A DNA stretch of 64,000 bases from the human T2T-CHM13v2.0 reference genome, Homo sapiens. The notes under the pieces were generated by a model. That model searched no databases and was not told the DNA's origin. It saw only the letters and a program-made list of their open reading frames with translations. Where the stretch lies: assembly GCF_009914755.1 (NCBI RefSeq), contig NC_060926.1. One strand, given 5' to 3'. How positions within the stretch are numbered: position 1 is the first letter of the stretch; every line of letters starts with the position of its first letter. Positions 55,759-64,000 of this stretch are shown one piece after another. The position numbers were made by a program, and so were the translations under genes.

Positions 55759-56570
55759 GAAGAAGGGGGTGCTAGGCATCCAGTAACCTTCTGGTAAAAC
55801 CAATTTTCTGTCTGGTATAACAGAAAGCACATGCCACACGTTAGTATCTCAGGTTTTGAGGTGGGGGAAGTGCTTTTTCCCCAACAATTATCTTGTTCAT
55901 GTGGTGAGTGCCACCCCCAAAGGGAAAGCACCAGGGAGGATGACCTGTTATTAAGTCAGCACATTTTGGCCTATGTCAACATTAGGACAGTTCTTCTGGG
56001 TACCAGGATAATATGCCAAAGAGACCTTTAAACATTTTATATGTTCCCTAATTTAAACTGGGAATATGATGGTCCCTTAAGATGATTCTCTTTTTAAAGG
56101 GTATATCATTAAAAGGGTTATATGAGTTGATTCCACTAAAACATACACACATACACACACACATACTTGTGCACGCACACATGAAATGAGACATCTACTT
56201 CAAGTATATATGACAGGCATCTAAAGACTGCGGGTTTAAACCCTCACTTTATCAGCTCTAAAGGCCTAATTTTGCAATCAGCTAAACCTACAGTACATTT
56301 TCATCAAGTGCTGCAAATCAGCAAAATATTAAATGAAACTTGAAAAAAATGATTATGAATCCACAGTTCTGTTTGACTGTATAATTCTATTTAAGATTAA
56401 AATTACTATCATAAAAAGGCCACTTTCTGAATGTAATTCCACAAAAACATCATCACAAAAGCTTTTACTGCTATTTATGTCAGAATGTATTTTAAACAGT
56501 TCTAATCATTTACCTTTGTGGACACTTAATTAAAATTACAAAACCAATTTTAATCTGTAGTCCAATTAAT

Positions 56571-56588
56571 ATGCAAATATATGCAAAT
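56571..56588 (+). promoter_or_regulatory. Tandem octamer (POU) motifs
   Basis: ATGCAAAT at 56571-56578 and 56581-56588. Confidence 0.45.
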
Positions 56589-57260
56589 GTGGTAAATCAA
56601 GGTGGTGATTAAGTTAAGGACACTCTATTTCATGTCTGCTTTAAGTGTGAAAACAAACAATCTTTTTTGTAATTGTACTGATGGATTGTGATGTTTATAG
56701 GGTTAGTATGGGGTACAAATGTTTATGCATCAACATTATGCCAAAACAAAGATTTTATACTCTGGAGTGATTTAGCATCCAGCATACATTCAGATGCAAC
56801 AAAGTCATTTTGCAGTCATCTTGTGAATTAGAATAAGGTCAAAGCAAAGTTAAATTTCTATGTCATCCATTTGTATGGCTATTTAAAATTCAACAATCAC
56901 TTTCTGATGTGTTAGGTAAGAGCCAAGAAGTCTCAAGAATGGCATATTATCGCCCTTTATCATTTAGTATTCCTAATATAGCGGTTTATCTTTGATACTG
57001 TTACTGCAACCGTTCTCTCATTAGGGTACAAAGATATTCAGCCTTTTTAACCCCTCTTTTTCACAAGTTTTAAATATGGAAAGTACGGCTAAAATCCAAG
57101 TGACCACCACAGTTTAAGTATAGAAATGCTCAACACATCCTGACATCCAATTCTTTCCTCTTTCTTTTCTCCTGTTATTGCATAGATGGTACTGATGACA
57201 AAATTTTTCTGAAGAAAAACTGGCTGCGGGAACACTGTTTTAAAAAGGGCATATGCTTAC

Positions 57261-57308
57261 CTTCGACAGGATTTGGTTTCTTAAATTTGTGGTCAGTCTT
57301 ATGGGAAT
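57261..57308 (-). other. Candidate 48-nt internal exon of a minus-strand host gene
   Basis: T16-gtaaaag|ATTCCCATAAGACTGACCACAAATTTAAGAAACCAAATCCTGTCGAAG|gtaagc; near-consensus donor AAG|GTAAGC; repeat-free flanks. Confidence 0.55.
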
Positions 57309-59681
57309 CTTTTACAAAAAAAAAAAAAAAACACCTACAACTTCCTTCTAACCAATGACTTCTCCATTCTCAAACACATCTCTATTTTCTGAAATAAATA
57401 CATTTCTGAAATGTATATCTTGCAGAGATGAAGAAACAGGGTCATTTTTTGAAAAAGAAATAGTGTGACCTAAAAATCCCAGTCACATTATGTCATATCC
57501 TAGGGAAAAAAATAATCTCAAAGCTTTGTTCTTGATGAAATATCCATGAGTGATCACATAACACATTTATGTCAGAAAAACATTAAGAATAACAGGTTTG
57601 ATCATACTGTTTTTGTGCAAATGTGACTGATTTCCTTTTTTCAAGCCTGAAGAAGCCAGAGCTGCTCAAATAAATTTTGAAATGATTATAAGAAGATATT
57701 TGGGTACAGTACCTTTATGCTCCAAATATTTCATGCTTTTGAAATATTCTTTCCAACGTTAAACATTTAGATATTGACAAATAAGAACTTCAGCAACACA
57801 GCATTAATCATTAGCATTTTGCACACATTTCTCATTGGACACTTATTTTTTGCAGCTGCATTATTTAAAATAATCTTTTCCATTCTTAATTGAAGATATA
57901 TTCATATATATTTCCCCATTTCACTTAGAAAAATGAGGAAAATGGATTTGAAATTGCTGTCATCCCATCATTTTTAACGCTATACATTAAAAAATATTAT
58001 TGCTCTGTGAAGGCAGATAATTTAATAAAAAGCAATACACTTTATAGTTATGTTTACTAAAGTAGGTAATGTGTCCTTAACGTGCTTCTGGAAACTTATT
58101 TCTCCCTCTCAATCTAATCTAATTTTACCACCCATATTTTGAAATTCTCAAAAATATCTAACTTTCTAAGAACAAAGATCCTAATAAATGTTGAATGTAA
58201 TTGCTACATATATTTTTCCTTTAACTGTTCCACTGTTACCATCATTACTTTGCACTCTACATATTCTTACAAATAAGTCATTCTTCTAAAATATTTTTAA
58301 ATGAAACTGTATACAACAAACCATTAAGTTCATCTCTCTCTGTGAGTAGGTGTTTAGGGACTCTAATTTTCTAAATGTATCTAGTACCAACATATTCAAT
58401 TATGAAACAGTCTTCATGTGATGATGCACCTAAGACAGCAGTTTACATTTATATTAACAAACTCTATCTTCATTATAGTACAAGGACAAAGCAGGATTCC
58501 CTTCCCCAATTTAGATCCAGCAGTGAAATACATAACACAATACAACATAAAATGAAATAAAAGGAAGAACATAAAATGCACTGCATTAAATATTAGCAAA
58601 AAAATACCAAGCACAAAACTGCAGAACCAGCAGCACAGTGAGCTGTGTTAACACAATAGACCATCTCAGGGAGAGCAAATGGAGTAAAAATGTTTTGGAA
58701 GTTAGATAATCAATGTATTAAAGTCAATCTTTTTCTACTATATAACATGACTTTTGTTAAAGATTATTTCTTAAAATTATACGTTTCCAGTATTATGTAA
58801 TTTAACCCATATATCAATCTGGAAATTATGTCAAGCAATATATCAGAAACCCTGAGCCAAACCGGGACTCCTCTGGTCCAGCTCTTGTAGGAATATGTCA
58901 CAAAACTGTATTAGTGAGTAAACCGTACCATGACATGACACTAGAAAACAAAGCATTAATGAATAGGAACACAGATCAAAATATCATCTAATTAAGAGGT
59001 AGTCATGATGGGATGTCCTGCTGGCTTTAAATGAGAAAAGAGGGTTGTTATTTACAGGGCTTTGTGAAAGTGCTTAGCTTAAAGCTATATAGTTTCATTT
59101 AATAGCAGGTATGGGACAGAGGATCAAAAATCTACAATAAAACAAATAAAACATTGTTAAAAGGACATAAAATGCTTTAAAAAACCTTACTAAAATAAAC
59201 ATACTGCCACTGTTTTTTTTTTTTTTCTTACTCCATTGGAATAAATAACATGGGAACATTTTGCCCTTTGAAGGAATATCAGTCTTAGGAACAAAATAGA
59301 GTTTCGAGGGGGATAGGGGTTGGGGATGTTTATCTCAACAATACGCTAATTTTTAAAAGAAAACTTGGTTTTTTTATTGTGTAAATTATGTGATGAATTA
59401 TTTAAAATTAATCCCGATTATGCAAAAACACATGGAATTTTATATTTCACAACCACTACCCTTTTTTAGATTGGGCACATGGTTTCAGAAAAGGCTAAAG
59501 TTAACAGAAATGGATACTCGCTTTTCTTTTCATGTAGTTTACTGATAATCATGCCTAAATAAACTGATTTGACCTTGGGAATGTCTCACGTTCCACGAAG
59601 CAGCCCTTTTGAATCATCTCCAAAACCTACACATCTGAGATGATTTTGGACCTCCTCCCAGGAAAAGCCTTCATCTCAATG

Positions 59682-59693
59682 GCCATCTAGCGG
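59682..59693 (-). promoter_or_regulatory. Candidate CTCF motif
   Basis: Minus strand CCGCTAGATGGC fits the CCRSYAGRKGGC core, with a retained CpG. Confidence 0.4.
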
Positions 59694-60886
59694 AGATGAA
59701 AGGCCCAACATCTTCTCTAAATTTCTGGGAGGCTGAATGTTGCCTATGTCAAATTCTATACTCTGTCCTCCTGCCTTGGATGGTGGCAAGTTAATAAAAT
59801 GAATCATACAAGATAATATGGCAATATTCTCTGGGCATACTTTCTTCTAATCAAACAAATCTTTTTCAGACATATCACACTCTTAAATCTTAGAAGTGCA
59901 CAAAAAAGGGAGGGGTGAGGAGAACAGCAAGAATCTAGGCCTCTTGTAGACAAGAATAAAGCCAACTCAAAAATTAAGGCCAGAAAAAGCTTTGCATCTG
60001 TTTGCCATTCTAAACCTAGCCCCAGAGTAAATCATCTCAGAGATTCTACTAAATCTACAATTTTCTACAACCTTTTTAGTATGTTTATTTCTTTGCTCAC
60101 ACGAAAAGCCATGCATCCAAAAACTCTGGATCAGAGAGCAAGCAACTTCAATCCAAGTTCAAGCTGTGAATGATCAAGAATGAGACTTAGTATTTACTTT
60201 GCTTATGCTCAGTCAGTTTTATGTGGAGGAAAAATAGGAATCCGATGCCCAGAAAAAAAGCAGAAAAGAGGTGTATTTCACATTTTCCCTATAACTTATA
60301 TCTCTAATTTTTTTGGTTTCACTGTAGCAAATCCCAGTGTAAAGGAGTGTCAGAGTGTATGTGTCTGTGTAAAGACAATCTTACTTTCTTACCAGCACAA
60401 TTCAAAAGATAGGATACATATTTTCAGTTACATAGGCTATCTTGAAGACTCACAGAATTTTAAAACTAGATTCGAGCACTTAGTCCGTCTTCTCATTTAC
60501 TAAGACTCAGAGAGTTTTAGTAACTTGACTTGTCCAAGGTCATTCAACCAGTTGATGTCAACTGCAAGGCAGAACACAGTTCTAAGTCAGGCAGGGCAGC
60601 AAGAAGCAAGTCTGTTTAGAAGCTAAGCAGGAATTGCACCACTCCTTGAGAAAGGGGCCTGTCCTCAAAACCTTGACAGAAATCCACAACACAGAATCAG
60701 ACAACAGAGAGCCAGGCCAAACGCCTTCACAAGGTTCCTTTAACTTGAGAGTGCTCAGCATGTACATGACAGGCTTAGGGTCTTTGTCTGGCTTAATAAC
60801 AGGCTTTTCATTCTAGAAAATACTTTCGTAGAGTTTAAAAGAGTTAAAGACAAGACTTAAATTTAGTGAGCATAGACTACACTTAC

Positions 60887-61170
60887 ACTTTATTATTCCT
60901 GCAAAGATCTTGACTCCTAAGGAGCTTAAAACTTAGTTGGGACATCTTGAAGCAGACACAGGGGGATTTTATGTTACAAGTTTTGCTCTGTGGCCATATT
61001 TCTCTACCTTTGCTTAGACTCAAATGAGTAGCCATTAAAACTGATTTCCCTGGGTGAGGTCTGTGAGAGGGATAACCTTTATTCACGTCAAACAGCACTG
61101 TATGCATAAATTATCTGATCTTTTTAAGCTAATTGGAAATTGCAACTTGATAACAACATAGCCAATCAAA
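60887..61170 (-). promoter_or_regulatory. Candidate promoter / first exon
   Basis: CCAAT boxes at 61132-61136 (-) and 61162-61166 (+); CRE-like TGACGTG 61084-61090 (-); donor AGT|GTAAGT at 60887/60886. Confidence 0.3.
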
Positions 61171-61247
61171 ATGGACAGCTATATATTGTCACCCAACATA
61201 CTTCTCACTCACTATAAAAATGTGAACTAAGACCTTTAAGGATTAAA

Positions 61248-61298
61248 CATATATATATTTTATATATTTATATATATATCATATATATTTATTTATTT
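61248..61298. repeat. AT-rich (TA)n low-complexity tract
   Basis: Direct reading. Confidence 0.85.
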
Positions 61299-61859
61299 CT
61301 GTAAACTGAATATCCTGGCAATTATAACAAAAATGCTGATTAACATAGATTTGGCAAGCAATCTGTTTTACTCTCCTGTGAAAGAAAGGTGATGCAATGG
61401 AATTATATTCCAGCCCAAGTCATATCATGACAAGAAGTTTTGGATCAACTTCAAGGGAGTCATTCTAAATATTCATTATGTCCTTTTGAACAAATAATTT
61501 TGTGCAATTATGGATCCACGATCGTTTTCAAAAAGTTTGTTTACAGAGCCCAAGAAGTTCTGCATAGCCCTTTCTGGGTTTACAGAAAGACATGAGTGGG
61601 CAGGAGAAAGCAACCTGGTAGGGTCTCCCCTCCTGCTCCAACAAAATCAGCTCTACTTCTGATAACATAACGTTTGAAAAAATGTTTGCTTAGCTAAATA
61701 ACGGTTCAAAAGCTACCATCTTATTTGGAGGGAGAAATTAAAGTTAACATACAAAAAAGACTGCCAAACAATTATTTCCTTCGAATCATATCCCCCAACT
61801 CCCAACCTTGATGGGGAGAACTTAGGACAAAAATTCCACAACTCAGTTGTGTTGAGTGA

Positions 61860-62060
61860 AACGTACATTTATTAAACTCATGGACTCCGCAAGGCATTGT
61901 GCCCTATGCAGGAAGAGGGTATATCATCCCATTCTACAAATGAGGAGGCTGAAGCTCCATTACTGATTAAATACTTTATCCAGTCACATGGGTAGTTAAT
62001 AGCAGAGCTGGGAAGTAACCAGGTCCCTGCCACCTAGTCCAGGACTCACTCTTGAGTATA
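61860..62060 (-). mobile_element. MIR
   Basis: atcatcccattctacaaatgaggaggctgaagctc...gcagagctggga. Confidence 0.7.
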
Positions 62061-62609
62061 CCAAATAGCAATAAAGAGAACATGCTCCTATTTGATTTGT
62101 TGAACAACCAACCACACAATGATGAATTATGAGCCAAAAGGGGATATGAATCTCTTATTTCAATGTAAATATAAACAATTATAAAATTGCATGAGTTAAA
62201 ATACTGACATGATTGATTTTAAGAATTTAGGAGCAGGGTTGAGAAGGAGGGGTCACACCTATTTTTAATTTTGGCTACAGATAACTAATTACAAAACTAA
62301 TGTTACATAATAACACACTGAAATATGTAATTTACATGAAGATTTTTTGAAAAGCAAAAGTTAAAAATCATATTAACCTGTGACTGATTTTATTAAATCT
62401 ACTTTCCTCTCTCTTCTGTTCTAGCTATGCAAACTAAAGAACACAGAGCACTTTCCAAGCTCATTTAAAAATCATTTTTCTAAAACTGAAAAATATTTGA
62501 GCTTTACTACTTGGGATGATTAAAGATAAACAATAACTTTTGGACTTCATATATTTTCTAATCTTGCGTAACTGTGATAAAGCCAAGCTTCTAATTAGAA
62601 ATATAAAAT

Positions 62610-62785
62610 GACAGAATTTTGAAACTTAGAGGAACTTGAGATATAATCCAGCTCAATGATTTCATTTTACAGATTCAGACACTAAGGCCGTAAAAGGTTA
62701 AATGAGGGGCTTGACCACACGCAGACAGTTAGTAACACTGCTGCAACTCCAACCACCAGGCTGGAGATCTTTTCACTATAGCAAA
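62610..62785 (-). mobile_element. MIR/MIR3
   Basis: ggaacttgagatataatccagctc...tcattttacagat...actaaggcc...aggttaaatga. Confidence 0.65.
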
Positions 62786-63984
62786 CACTTTAGATTATAT
62801 CCAGAGTATTAGTAATGTTCTCCAAAAATGTGTCAGAGGCTACAGATGAGCACAGAACCAGCCATCATAAATGATGATCATTACCTCAATAAAAAAGACG
62901 TTTAACTCTCTGTGACACAACTAAATTATCCAATCACTTCTGCCTTAGTTTCCTCCTTGAAGTACAGCTATTTTTGACATATGCTATGTTGCAAAGAGTG
63001 AAAAGCTCAAGTTTTGCCAACATTTGAGGTTGGAAAGCGCAATTAACTTTTGAGGAGGTAAGCAATACGGAATAAGTTTTGTAATTAGTATTATAATTGA
63101 TAGTTACAATCTAGAGCTTTCTCACTGATTCTACCTTACTCATCTAAGCAGAAAAAATTCTACATGAAACTTGTGAAAGGTAATAAAGTTTACGGGAAAT
63201 GAAGTCACCAAAGATGCTGGATGTATGGGAAGTCAGAACATGTGTACATATTAGGAGAAATCGAGAATAAGAAAGGGTGAATTTTTAAGAGAATGCTACA
63301 TAGCTAATCTGGGTCGTAACACGCACTCACATGTTAAAAGCGTCACTTTTTCTGATTACATGACAAGATATACTTCTATATCCAACTCATTCTACTTTAA
63401 TTAAGCATGGGAATAACCCAAATTTAATGTTTAATTTCTTTTCAAGGTCTCAAGTATTGGCTCCTTGGATGTGTTTTGATCTTATAAGGCACTTTCAGAA
63501 GTTTTATTTAATGGATTCCTTTTTTAATATAGATGTTTGTGGAAAAGAAAGAGAAACACAAAGGGAACTTGAGGTCACTGTAGCCCTTACAAAGAAGTAG
63601 TGATAGGACTCTATAAACTGTGTTTAATGGCCCCAATTGCATAGAACCATGGCTAAGAGAGAAGTGCTGTTTTCACCTTTTATTCAATTCATTCACACAT
63701 TTAATTCTACTGCCAAAACTGTTGATGTGTTTTATGTTTTTGCAATCAGCTAACAGCAGCATTTTAGATTTCCAACCTCAGACAGTACTGTTTTCGGCAA
63801 GAGCTCATCTTTTCAACAAACATAGCCAAATGTCCATAGGTAGCAGTGATTTGAGACAGAACCAGAAATGAAGTGCTACTGGACAGTTGTGTCAGTCCTG
63901 AATATATTGTGTGCACTTCTTGAACATAAATGATAGGCAACTGCTCTGTCAAATAATGCACTGTTCAATTGAATGTCTTACGTA

Positions 63985-64000
63985 TGCCGGGTGCAGTGGC
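63985..64000 (+). mobile_element. Start of an Alu cut by the window edge
   Basis: tgccgggtgcagtggc matches the Alu 5' end; only 16 bp visible. Confidence 0.7.

Noticed and set aside
63320-63360. Minus-strand donor CAT|GTGAGT with nearby CpGs
   Set aside because: No matching acceptor or promoter motif set found

Overview
AT-rich primate (human-like) genomic DNA with no supportable protein-coding gene. The ORF-track entries are short; many lie in Alu, LTR, L2 or microsatellite sequence, and none resembles a protein I recognise. The window holds 16 Alu-family elements (AluY, AluS, AluJ, FRAM/FLAM; many with visible target-site duplications), two ERV1 solo LTRs with 4-bp TSDs, an MST-type MaLR LTR with a 5-bp TSD, MER21-, LTR33- and MLT1-like LTR remnants, old L1/HAL1, L2 and MIR fragments, hAT and Tigger DNA-transposon relics, and several (CA)n tracts. 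The repeat-poor stretches (about 2.0-3.7 kb and 55.3-61.5 kb) carry splice and promoter signals that mostly point to the minus strand: a 48-nt exon candidate (57261-57308), a 157-nt non-coding exon candidate (30920-31076), and three candidate alternative promoters. The most striking promoter candidate is a MEF2/TATA site with three E-boxes spaced exactly 61 bp apart (55601-55758). The best reading is the 5'/intronic part of a very large multi-promoter minus-strand gene; ZBTB20 is an unverified guess from remembered exon size only. A possible antisense terminal exon lies at 44.7-44.9 kb. I found no evidence of a novel multi-gene system. The interesting items are cis-regulatory grammar and local template-switch or duplication scars. 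Repeat subfamily names come from recalled consensus sequences, and boundaries of old repeats are approximate.
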